Positions 34,508-45,400 of a stretch of DNA of 64,000 nucleotides are shown in pieces. The notes below the pieces were generated by a model. That model was not told where the DNA came from. It searched no databases and saw nothing but the letters and a program-made list of their open reading frames with translations. Within the stretch, counting starts at the first letter, position 1; each line of letters starts with the position of its first letter. The DNA lies in the NCBI RefSeq assembly GCF_053078305.1, contig NZ_CP166879.1. The stretch is one strand, 5' to 3'. A program made the translations under genes and the position numbers.

Positions 34508-35530
34508 TCAGAAATCGTATTTGCCGATATTCTCTTTGTTGAATATCACGCGCTCCGGTAACAGTACGATGCCATTACCATCCGCTTCGTAGTCATAGCC
34601 CTGAACGCTGTTTGGCGAGACTTCCACCTGACCTACGCCCTGGATATCCAGCTTGTCGCCCGTTTTCATTGATCCTTTTTTCAATAATGCATCCGCGACA
34701 TACACTGAAATTTTGCCTTGCTGAACCACATCCCACAGGCCAAATTCTTTCACCGTGCCGCGCTCTACATACGGGCGCATCACATTTGGCGTACTGAATC
34801 CGACAATCGCTACTTTGTCATTTTTCAGGTTTTCTGCGGCTTGTGCGGCAGCGGGCAGGGCGTTGGCATCGGGGGCGATAATGGCGTCGAGATCGCTATA
34901 CGCTTTTAATATTCCTTCTGCGGTTTGTAACGATTTAGTGGCATCGTTATAGCCAAACTGCGTAGTGACAATTTCCCAGCCAGGATGCTCTTTGGCGATT
35001 TTCGCTTTCGCTTCTTTCACCCACTGGTTTTGGTCCGTAACGGTGGGGCTTGAGTAGAAAAACGCGACTTTGGCTTTGTCTTTATTCACCTGACGCGCCG
35101 CCATATCCACCAACATACCTCCCAACTGGGCGGGCGTTCCCTGATTAATGTAGTAAGAGCGGCACTCCGGTTTAGTATCAGAGTCCCAGGTCAGCACTCT
35201 CACACCACGTTGCATGGCGCGTTTCAGTGCCGGACACAAGCCATCAGGCGAAACCGCAGAAACGATAATGGCGTTATAACCCTGATTGACGAAGTTATTA
35301 ATCAACTGTACCTGACCAGAAACACTGGGTTCTGTCGGCCCGTCGTAGGTCACATCAACGCCCAGCTCTTTACCCGCTTGTTGTGCGCCGTTGCCACCGC
35401 TGGTAAAAAATCCCACGCCAACCAGTTTGGGAATAAATGCAATACGCTCTGCGGCCTGCACATTCATAGAGATTGCGGCAATGCCAAGAGCGCTAAGTAA
35501 GGCGATTTTCTTAAAGCGATGAAGTGTCAT
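34508..35530 (-). CDS. lsrB: AI-2 periplasmic binding protein
   Basis: 340-aa ORF with signal peptide. Confidence 0.9.
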   Translation of the reverse strand: MTLHRFKKIALLSALGIAAISMNVQAAERIAFIPKLVGVGFFTSGGNGAQQAGKELGVDVTYDGPTEPSVSGQVQLINNFVNQGYNAIIVSAVSPDGLCPALKRAMQRGVRVLTWDSDTKPECRSYYINQGTPAQLGGMLVDMAARQVNKDKAKVAFFYSSPTVTDQNQWVKEAKAKIAKEHPGWEIVTTQFGYNDATKSLQTAEGILKAYSDLDAIIAPDANALPAAAQAAENLKNDKVAIVGFSTPNVMRPYVERGTVKEFGLWDVVQQGKISVYVADALLKKGSMKTGDKLDIQGVGQVEVSPNSVQGYDYEADGNGIVLLPERVIFNKENIGKYDF

Positions 35531-35541
35531 GAAGATATCCT

Positions 35542-36534
35542 TTATGGCAATGGGTTATTGGCCCGACGCGCCAGCCACTCTTTAATTTGCTGGCGATGCA
35601 GGCTAACGGAACGACCTACGACAACGACGATAAGTAGCGCACCGGAAAGGGCGCTGGACACCTGATTTGGCACTCCTGCCATTTGCAAACCTTGTTGCAA
35701 ATATCCCACTAATAAAACTGCAATGGCGGTGCCGATAATGGAACCGGAACCACCATAAATATTGGCACCGCCAAGCACCACGGCGGTGATGGCGGGCATC
35801 AGAAACGACGCACCGAGATCGGAACGTGCTGAACCAAAATACGACACCAGCAGCACAGCGGCGACCGCAGACGCCAGCCCCGTCATGGCATAGAGCGCAC
35901 ATAAGGTACGGTTAACTGGAATCGCGCTATAAAGCGCCACGCGCGGGCTTTGCCCAATCAAAAACACATTACGTCCGGCATGGGTTTTATGCAGCCAGAG
36001 CCAGAAAACGAGGAGACATATCAGGAAGATAATCAGCGGAACGGGGAGTCCCAGCACATCCAGGTTAGCGAAATCTGTAAACGCCATCGGGAATCCACCA
36101 ATACCTTCGTACCCCGTCGCTCCGGCCATCCCGGAAAGCAGCAGAGCGCTTCCAGCAAACAGATACAGCGTGCCAAGCGTAATCACCAGCGGGTTAACTT
36201 TGGTATAGATAATTAATCCGGCGTTGATCAGCCCGCACAATGCGCCGAGCAGTAAGGTCAGGAGTATCGCCAGCGGCATCGGCACACCACTTTGAAACAG
36301 CACGCCCAATGCAATGGCGCAGAGGCCGATGGTCGAACCAAACGAAATATCGATCCCGCCACTGACAATCACCATCGTCAACGGTAGGGCGACAATGCCA
36401 ATGCAGATAAAATCACTGGTGCTGAACAGCAACATATTGAGGTCTAACATCCGCGGGTTAATTGCACCAAATGCGACAATCTCAATTACGAGCAGTGCGG
36501 CAAGAGCCAGTTCCCAACCGTAGCGAATACGCAT
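35542..36534 (-). CDS. lsrD: AI-2 ABC transporter permease
   Basis: 330-aa ORF. Confidence 0.9.
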   Translation of the reverse strand: MRIRYGWELALAALLVIEIVAFGAINPRMLDLNMLLFSTSDFICIGIVALPLTMVIVSGGIDISFGSTIGLCAIALGVLFQSGVPMPLAILLTLLLGALCGLINAGLIIYTKVNPLVITLGTLYLFAGSALLLSGMAGATGYEGIGGFPMAFTDFANLDVLGLPVPLIIFLICLLVFWLWLHKTHAGRNVFLIGQSPRVALYSAIPVNRTLCALYAMTGLASAVAAVLLVSYFGSARSDLGASFLMPAITAVVLGGANIYGGSGSIIGTAIAVLLVGYLQQGLQMAGVPNQVSSALSGALLIVVVVGRSVSLHRQQIKEWLARRANNPLP

Positions 36535-37562
36535 TATGCGGCCTCCCGTTTTTTACCTGACGAAGCGGGTTTAACGGATGGCGGTGGCGTCATAAAGCGG
36601 GCATATTTTTGCCGCCGTAGATTACGTTCCAGCGCACAACGCAGGCGTCCATCAAACACCAGCACCGCCAGCAGCACGAGGCCCGCGATAAAATCGTTCC
36701 ACCATGCCGGAATGCGCAACAGCACCAGTACGCTATCGATCTGCGTCAGGAACCATGCGCCGAGTACCGCACCGATGATCGCACCGGAACCGCCGAGCAA
36801 ACTAATGCCGCCCAGCACGCAGGCTGCAATTGCTTTCATCTCCAGCCCAGTACCGGTCTGGTTGGGGATAAAACCAATCTGCGAAGCAAACACAATCCCC
36901 GCCAGTGCCGCCATGCAGCCGTTCAACGAAAATGCCACAATGCGAATGGCTTCCGTACGAACGCCCAGTTGACGAGCGCCCTGTAAATTATCGCCCGTGG
37001 CATAAAAACTGCGTCCAAACGCCGTCTTCGCCAGCAGCCAGGCCATAAATGCCACCAGAATTATCGTCAACCAACCAATTGCTGAAACGCCAAGCAGCAG
37101 CGGGGCGGAGAGCTGTTTCAGTTCGGCGGGTAACCCTTCAATCCATTTGCCGCCAGTCCACAGCAACATGATGCCTCTGTACAACCCTAACGTGCCAAGG
37201 GTGGCAACAATGGCAGGGATCTTTAGCCACGCGACCAGGACACCGTTGAAAAATCCCGCGAGCAAACCAAGCAGTAAAGTCGCGACACAAGCAACAGGTA
37301 GTGAATACCCCGCGTTCAGTAACATCCCCAACAGCACCGCGCACATTCCGGTAATCGAACCCACTGAAACATCAATATTGCGCGTAAGCATTACCAGCGT
37401 CGCGCCCATTGCCAGCAGGATCAGGATTTGCGCGCTGCTATAAACCATGGTCAGCGTTTGCACACTTAAATACTGGCGGTCGAGAAAACCGGGTAATACA
37501 AACAGCAGCACCACCGCCAGCAGTGCCGTGATTTCACGGTTGTTCTGAATAAACTTCAGCAT
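36534..37562 (-). CDS. lsrC: AI-2 ABC transporter permease
   Basis: 342-aa ORF. Confidence 0.9.
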
Positions 37563-39091
37563 GACGCCTCCTGACGCTGACTATCGCCGAAGGCAACGCG
37601 CATAATAGTCTCGACATTAATATCGCGCCCGGTCAGTGCAGAGTGGGTAATTTCGCCCTGATGCATCACATACACACGATCTGCCATCAGTTCGATCTCT
37701 TCCAGATCAGAGGAGATAAGCAGCACTGCCACATTCTGTGCGGCGATGCTGCGCAACAGCTGGTAGATATCATTACGGGCCGAGACATCCACGCCGCGCG
37801 TCGGCTCATCGACAATCAATGCTTGCGGCGAAGCTTCCAGGCATTTGGCAATGAGGATTTTTTGCTGGTTGCCACCGGATAATGTCCGTGCAGCTTGTTC
37901 CGGTTGGTTAAATTTAATATTCAGCGCCCGACGATATCGTTCCAGGGTGGCATTATCTTTCGCTGTTTTCGCCCAGAATCCACGAAGGTTATGAGTAAGG
38001 GCGCAGACGTTCCAGGCCAGCGAAGCATCGAGATTCAGTCCGGATGACTGGCGATCTTCCGGCAGATAAACGAGACCGCGCAGTAAACGTTCTCCAGTGG
38101 ATAATCTATTGATCTCTTTATCATTCAGCATAATGCGTCCGCCACGCAAAGTACGTAGACCATAGAGCGTCTCGGCCAGTTCTGTGCGTCCAGCACCCAC
38201 CAGCCCAGCCAGACCCAGAATTTCTCCGGCATTTAGCGTCATGCTGACATTCCTGAAACCTTCGCCAGTCAGATTTTCCAGTGTCAGCACCGACGTTCCT
38301 GCGGCATGTTGTGGGCGGTTGCCAGGTAACTCCAGCCATAATTTTTGGCTGGCAGAGAGCGATTTTTCCCGTACCGCTGGGGTGATGGCCTGAATAATGT
38401 CGTCGGTAGACAGTTCGCTGGTTTTGCCGCTTAAGGCGATGGTTCCGTCGCGCATCACGCTAATTCGATCGGCAATCTGGCGAATTTCCGGCAGCTTATG
38501 CGAGATAAAAACAATACCCACGCCAGTAGCAAGCAGCTCTTGCAAGCGAGTAAACAAGCGTTCGGTTTCCGCAGGGGTAAGCGAGGCGGTAGGTTCATCG
38601 AGGATCAGAATCCGCGAGTCGCGCATCAGCCCGCGGAGGATTTCCACCATTTGGCGATCGGCGACATCCAGCGATCCTGCCAGACTATGCAGATCAAACT
38701 GGCAGCCCAGCGCCGCCAGCAAGTTCTTCATTTTCTGCATGGAGAGCTGTTTTTTTGCCAGCCCAAACAGGATGTTTTCTTTTATCGACAGGCTTGGGAA
38801 AAGCAGCGGTTCCTGGGGAACGAGATAAATGCCCAACTGATGAGCATGAACTGGCGTTAATCTAGTGTAATTATTGCCCCCAATCTCCAGCGTACCGCTA
38901 TCAGCAGGGGTAATACCGGCAATAATCTTCATTAACGTCGATTTACCGGCACCATTGCCGCCGAGCAGGGCGTGGACCTCCCCCTGATGCAACGTAAAAT
39001 CGATGCCTTTCAGGACATTGACCCCTGAATACTGTTTATAAACCGAGCGGGCGCAAAGTAGCGGTAACGCGCGGGTATCACTCGTTTGCAT
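37556..39091 (-). CDS. lsrA: AI-2 ABC transporter ATP-binding protein (two ATPase domains)
   Basis: 511-aa ORF with duplicated Walker A motifs. Confidence 0.9.
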
Positions 39092-39122
39092 ATTTCCCCC
39101 GTTCAGTTTTGCAGGTGAGTTT

Positions 39123-39155
39123 TGAACAAATGTATTTCTGCTTTTAATTTGTTCA
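39123..39155. promoter_or_regulatory. Inverted repeat TGAACAAAT-N15-ATTTGTTCA in the lsrA/lsrR divergent promoter (candidate LsrR operator)
   Basis: Perfect 9-bp inverted repeat seen in sequence. Confidence 0.45.
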
Positions 39156-39251
39156 TAACCTTAGGTGGACATTGCACATATTTCCGACGAATAGATCACA
39201 ATTTATGCTATTTTGATTTTTACGGTTGCGTTTGTTCATACTTGTAGAGTC

Positions 39252-39275
39252 AAACTGTGGTTGCCATCACAGATA
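39252..39275. promoter_or_regulatory. CRP-like site cTGTGg-N6-TCACA in the lsr intergenic region
   Basis: Match to TGTGA-N6-TCACA. Confidence 0.5.
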
Positions 39276-39339
39276 TAAATGCGCAAGAACTGAACAATTG
39301 CATTAAAGATTTAAATATGTTCAAAGTGAAGAATGAATT

Positions 39340-40293
39340 ATGACAATCAACGATTCGGCAATTTCAGAACAGGGAATGTGTGAAGAAGAACAGGTCGCGC
39401 GGATCGCGTGGTTTTACTACCACGACGGGCTGACCCAGAGTGAGATCAGCGATCGTCTCGGCCTGACCCGTTTGAAAGTGTCGCGATTACTGGAGAAAGG
39501 GCATCAGTCCGGCATCATTCGCGTGCAGATTAATTCTCGCTTTGAAGGCTGTCTGGAATATGAAACACAATTACGTAGTCAGTTTTCGCTGCAACATGTC
39601 CGGGTGATCCCTGGGCTTGCGGATGCTGATGTCGGCGGGCGACTGGGGATAGGCGCGGCGCATATGTTGATGAGTTTACTTCAACCACAACAGATGCTGG
39701 CGATTGGTTTTGGCGAGGCAACCATGAATACGCTGCAACGCTTAAGTGGTTTTATTTCGTCACAGCAAATTCGCCTGGTCACGCTCTCCGGTGGCGTCGG
39801 TTCTTATATGACGGGTATCGGACAGCTTAACGCGGCGTGCAGTGTGAATATTATTCCGGCTCCGTTGCGGGCATCCTCCGCTGACATTGCCCGTACGCTA
39901 AAAAATGAAAATTGCGTCAAAGATGTTCTGTTAGCCGCGCAAGCAGCGGATGTGGCGATTGTCGGCATTGGGGCCGTGAGTCAACAAGACGACGCGACGA
40001 TCATTCGCTCCGGTTATATCAGCCAGGGCGAACAGTTAATGATTGGCCGAAAAGGGGCAGTTGGCGACATTTTAGGCTACTTTTTTGATGCAAAAGGTGA
40101 CGTTGTCACGGACATTAAAATACATAACGAACTGATTGGCTTACCTTTAAGCGCGCTGAAGACCATACCCGTCCGGGTTGGCGTGGCAGGGGGAGAAAAT
40201 AAAGCCGAAGCAATTGCCGCTGCAATGAAAGGCGGTTATATCAACGCACTGGTTACCGATCAGGACACAGCAGCGGCGATTTTACGTAATTAA
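39340..40293 (+). CDS. lsrR: lsr operon repressor (SorC family)
   Basis: 317-aa ORF. Confidence 0.9.
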   Translation: MTINDSAISEQGMCEEEQVARIAWFYYHDGLTQSEISDRLGLTRLKVSRLLEKGHQSGIIRVQINSRFEGCLEYETQLRSQFSLQHVRVIPGLADADVGGRLGIGAAHMLMSLLQPQQMLAIGFGEATMNTLQRLSGFISSQQIRLVTLSGGVGSYMTGIGQLNAACSVNIIPAPLRASSADIARTLKNENCVKDVLLAAQAADVAIVGIGAVSQQDDATIIRSGYISQGEQLMIGRKGAVGDILGYFFDAKGDVVTDIKIHNELIGLPLSALKTIPVRVGVAGGENKAEAIAAAMKGGYINALVTDQDTAAAILRN

Positions 40294-40371
40294 ATTTGCA
40301 TGACCTTATTACCGGGAATGATGGAGAACGTATAGAGGAACAGACAGAACGCATAAGCCGAGGATAATCTA

Positions 40372-41964
40372 ATGGCTCGACTCTTTACCCCTTCAGAATC
40401 AAAGTACTACCTGATGGCGCTGGATGCAGGCACCGGAAGTATTCGGGCTGTGATATTCGACCTGGAAGGCAATCAAATAGCAGTGGGACAGGCGGAGTGG
40501 CGGCATCTGGCAGTACCGGACGTTCCTGGTTCTATGGAATTTGATCTCAACAAAAACTGGCAACTGGCGTGTGAGTGTATGCGTCAGGCGTTGCACAACG
40601 CCTGCATAGCCCCGGAGTATATCGCTGCCGTTTCGGCATGTTCGATGCGTGAAGGCATTGTTTTATATAACAATGAAGGAACACCGATCTGGGCCTGCGC
40701 CAATGTGGATGCCAGAGCGGCGCGCGAAGTTAGCGAACTTAAAGAACTGCACAACAATACCTTTGAAAACGAAGTTTATCGCGCGACCGGACAAACACTG
40801 GCTTTAAGTGCCATCCCCAGATTACTTTGGCTGGCGCACCATCGTTCCGATATTTACCGTCAGGCATCAACCATCACCATGATCAGCGACTGGCTGGCCT
40901 ATATGCTCAGCGGCGAACTTGCGGTGGATCCCTCTAACGCTGGCACCACGGGACTTCTTGATCTAACCATCCGTGACTGGAAACCTGCATTGCTGGATAT
41001 GGCTGGCCTGCGTGCCGATATTCTTTCTCCTGTCAAAGAAACCGGCACATTGCTGGGCGTGGTAAGTTCACAAGCGGCGGAACTCTGCGGTCTGAAGGTG
41101 GGCACTCCGGTGGTCGTTGGAGGAGGCGACGTGCAGCTTGGTTGCCTGGGGTTAGGCGTTGTGCGTCCGGCACAAACCGCGGTTCTTGGCGGCACATTCT
41201 GGCAGCAAGTTGTAAATTTAGCCGCGCCGGTGACAGACCCAGAAATGAACGTGCGCGTTAATCCTCATGTTATTCCTGGCATGGTACAAGCTGAATCTAT
41301 AAGCTTTTTTACCGGACTCACCATGCGCTGGTTCCGCGATGCTTTCTGTGCCGAAGAAAAACTGATTGCCGAACGTTTAGGCATCGACACCTATACGCTG
41401 CTGGAAGAGATGGCCAGTCGGGTGCCGCCTGGGTCGTGGGGCGTAATGCCGATCTTCTCCGACAGAATGCGCTTTAAAACCTGGTATCACGCTGCGCCTT
41501 CCTTTATTAATTTGTCCATTGACCCGGATAAATGTAACAAAGCGACATTGTTCCGTGCGCTGGAAGAAAATGCGGCGATTGTATCAGCGTGTAACTTGCA
41601 GCAAATTGCTGATTTTTCGAATATTCATCCTTCATCGTTAGTCTTTGCAGGCGGAGGTTCAAAAGGGAAATTATGGAGTCAAATTCTCGCTGATGTCTCG
41701 GGATTACCCGTCAATATTCCGGTGGTCAAAGAAGCCACTGCATTAGGATGTGCCATTGCAGCTGGCGTCGGTGCCGGAATTTTTTCATCAATGGCAGAAA
41801 CCGGAGAACGCCTGGTTCGCTGGGAACGGACGCACACACCAGACCCGGAAAAGCATGAACTTTATCAGGATTCACGCGATAAGTGGCAGGCAGTTTATCA
41901 GGATCAGCTGGGGCTGGTTGATCATGGACTGACGACGTCGTTATGGAAAGCGCCTGGGTTATAG
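40372..41964 (+). CDS. lsrK: Autoinducer-2 kinase (FGGY family)
   Basis: 530-aa ORF. Confidence 0.9.
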   Translation: MARLFTPSESKYYLMALDAGTGSIRAVIFDLEGNQIAVGQAEWRHLAVPDVPGSMEFDLNKNWQLACECMRQALHNACIAPEYIAAVSACSMREGIVLYNNEGTPIWACANVDARAAREVSELKELHNNTFENEVYRATGQTLALSAIPRLLWLAHHRSDIYRQASTITMISDWLAYMLSGELAVDPSNAGTTGLLDLTIRDWKPALLDMAGLRADILSPVKETGTLLGVVSSQAAELCGLKVGTPVVVGGGDVQLGCLGLGVVRPAQTAVLGGTFWQQVVNLAAPVTDPEMNVRVNPHVIPGMVQAESISFFTGLTMRWFRDAFCAEEKLIAERLGIDTYTLLEEMASRVPPGSWGVMPIFSDRMRFKTWYHAAPSFINLSIDPDKCNKATLFRALEENAAIVSACNLQQIADFSNIHPSSLVFAGGGSKGKLWSQILADVSGLPVNIPVVKEATALGCAIAAGVGAGIFSSMAETGERLVRWERTHTPDPEKHELYQDSRDKWQAVYQDQLGLVDHGLTTSLWKAPGL

Positions 41965-41972
41965 TTTCATTG

Positions 41973-42008
41973 ACAGCCACATCATGATGACCGTGGCTGT
42001 TAGTTTTT
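41973..42008 (+). terminator. Rho-independent terminator of lsrK
   Basis: ACAGCCAC/GTGGCTGT hairpin followed by TAGTTTTTG. Confidence 0.6.
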
Positions 42009-42494
42009 GAGTATAGTTATTCTTATTTCCCTTCTTTTAGAACTGGCTTGTTAAATGCCAGCTTGCAGATTCATCGTTCCATCACCAGTAATATATTCAA
42101 GGGAAAATTGCTATTTTTCTTAAAGCATTAAGCATAACCCTTATTTTATAACGAATATTCCTAAAGGCATTAATGGATGAAGAAGGGGTTTAATAAACCT
42201 CGTTTTTTAGCAATTAGTGCTATTCTTTGTTAAATATGATGATGATAATTTTCTTATTGAAAGAAACAGTTTTCTTATTAAGCAGCAATAACTCATGATT
42301 CATTTTTAAATAAAATAAGAACTATGCAATTTTTAATCTATCAATTCGAAAGCATTAGCAAATTAGCCAAATTGACACCTTCCCACCTCCAACTAACACT
42401 CAATACAGACCTCTGACAATTTAATAAGTTTCATTTTTAATGTCTGGCGACTCATCTCTTTCGTGGCTGTATTGTTTGTATATGGAGCGTTTAT

Positions 42495-45400
42495 ATGAAT
42501 AGAATCTATCGCGTGATATGGAATTGCACTCTACAGGTATTTCAGGCCTGCTCTGAATTAACTCGCAGGGTAGGTAAAACATCAACGGTTAATTTGCGTA
42601 AATCCTCTGGACTGACAACGAAATTCAGTAGATTGACGCTGGGTGTTTTGCTGGCACTAAGCGGTTCAGTGTCTGGTGCGAGTCTGGAAGTTGATAATGG
42701 TCAGATTACCAATATTGATACTGATGTTGCTTATGATGCCTACCTGGTTGGCTGGTATGGCACTGGAGTGCTTAATATTTTGGCTGGCGGTAATGCCGCC
42801 TTAACCACTATTACTACCAGCGTCATTGGCGGTAATGAGGATTCGGAGGGTACCGTTAATGTTTTGGGTGGCACCTGGCGATTGTATGATAGTGGAAATA
42901 ATGCAAGGCCTTTAAATGTGGGTCAATCCGGAACGGGGACGCTGAATATTAAACAGAAGGGTCACGTCGATGGAGGCTATTTAAGATTAGGTACACAAGC
43001 TGCAGGCGTCGGGACGGTTAATGTTGAGGGAGAGGACTCGGTTTTGACGACCGAATTATTCGAAATAGGGAGTTACGGTACGGGCTCATTAAATATTACG
43101 GATAAGGGTTACGTCACGAGTTCAATAGTCGCCATTTTAGGATATCAAGCGAACAGTAATGGTAAGGTTGTCGTTGAAAAGGGTGGCGAGTGGCTAATAA
43201 AAAATAATGATTCCTCAATTGAATTTCAAATTGGTAATCAAGGAACTGGGGAGGCGACTATTCGCGAGGGTGGGCTGATTACGGCTGAAAATACGATTAT
43301 CGGTGGCAATGCCACCGGTATCGGAACCCTGAATGTGGAGGATCAAGACTCTGTCATCACGGTACGCAGACTCTATAATGGATATTTCGGTAATGGCACA
43401 GTCAATATTTCCAATAATGGACTGATTAATAACAAAGAATATTCATTGGTGGGCGTTCAGGACGGTTCCCACGGTGTCGTCAACGTGACCGATAAAGGGC
43501 ATTGGAATTTCCTCGGAACGGGCGAAGCTTTCCGCTATATCTATATCGGTGATGCTGGCGACGGTGAACTTAATGTCTCGAGTGAAGGCAAAGTAGATTC
43601 GGGAATTATCACTGCGGGGATGAAAGAAACAGGCACAGGCAACATTACTGTTAAGGATAAGAACTCCGTTATCACTAATCTCGGAACTAATCTTGGTTAT
43701 GACGGCCACGGCGAAATGAATATCAGTAATCAGGGGCTTGTTGTCAGCAACGGAGGAAGTTCACTCGGTTATGGAGAAACCGGCGTCGGGAATGTCAGCA
43801 TCACCACGGGGGGAATGTGGGAGGTCAATAAGAATGTCTATACCACCATTGGTGTTGCGGGCGTCGGAAACCTCAATATTAGCGATGGCGGTAAGTTCGT
43901 ATCGCAAAATATTACTTTTTTGGGTGATAAAGCAAGCGGTATCGGCACATTGAACCTGATGGATGCGACATCGTCGTTCGATACTGTGGGTATCAATGTC
44001 GGTAATTTTGGTAGCGGTATCGTAAATGTCAGTAATGGTGCCACCCTTAATTCAACGGGCTATGGATTTATCGGAGGAAATGCCTCCGGTAAGGGAATAG
44101 TTAATATTTCAACGGATAGTCTCTGGAATTTAAAGACGTCTTCTACTAACGCCCAATTGCTACAGGTCGGTGTATTAGGCACGGGTGAACTGAATATTAC
44201 CACCGGAGGTATAGTTAAAGCGCGTGATACACAGATAGCTCTCAATGACAAAAGTAAGGGCGACGTGAGGGTGGATGGGCAGAACTCTCTTCTTGAAACA
44301 TTCAATATGTACGTAGGGACATCTGGTACGGGTACGTTAACCCTGACGAATAGCGGCACGCTGAATGTCGAAGGTGGAGAAGTTTACTTAGGTGTTTTTG
44401 AACCTGCTGTAGGAACGCTAAACATTGGTGCAGCTCACGGTGAGGCGGCGGCAGATGCCGGATTTATCACTAACGCGACGAAAGTAGAGTTTGGCTCTGG
44501 CGAAGGTGTTTTTGTCTTTAATCATACCAATAACAGTGATGCCGGCTACCAGGTCGATATGCTGATTACAGGTGACGATAAAGACGGAAAAGTGATCCAT
44601 GATGCAGGCCATACGGTGTTCAATGCAGGGAATACTTATAGCGGTAAAACGCTGGTCAATGACGGCCTCCTGACCATTGCGTCTCATACGGCAGATGGGG
44701 TAACGGGCATGGGGTCGAGTGAAGTAACCATTGCAAACCCCGGTACGCTCGACATTCTCGCATCAACGAACAGTGCAGGAGATTACACGCTGACCAATGC
44801 GCTCAAAGGCGATGGCTTGATGCGAGTGCAGCTGTCATCCTCCGACAAGATGTTTGGCTTTACCCATGCAACAGGGACTGAATTCGCCGGTGTTGCCCAA
44901 TTTAAAGACAGTACCTTCACTTTGGAACGCGACAACACCACAGCGCTTACTCACGCGATGTTGCAGTCTGACAGTGAAAATACCACATCGGTAAAAGTTG
45001 GAGAGCAATCCATTGGTGGACTGGCCATGAATGGAGGTACCCTCATTTTCGATACGGATATTCCTGCTGCGACGCTTGCCGAGGGATATATCAGCGTCGA
45101 TACGCTGGTTGTCGGCGCGGGTGACTACACCTGGAAAGGCCGTAACTATCAGGTAAACGGGACGGGTGACGTGCTTATCGACGTGCCTAAACCGTGGAAT
45201 GATCCCATGGCGAATAACCCTCTGACGACGCTCAATTTGCTGGAACACGATGATAGCCATGTCGGCGTTCAACTGGTGAAGGCGCAAACGGTTATTGGGT
45301 CAGGTGGCTCATTAACGTTACGTGATTTACAGGGCGACGAGGTGGAAGCGGACAAAACGTTACACATTGCGCAAAACGGAACGGTGGTCGCCGAGGGTGA

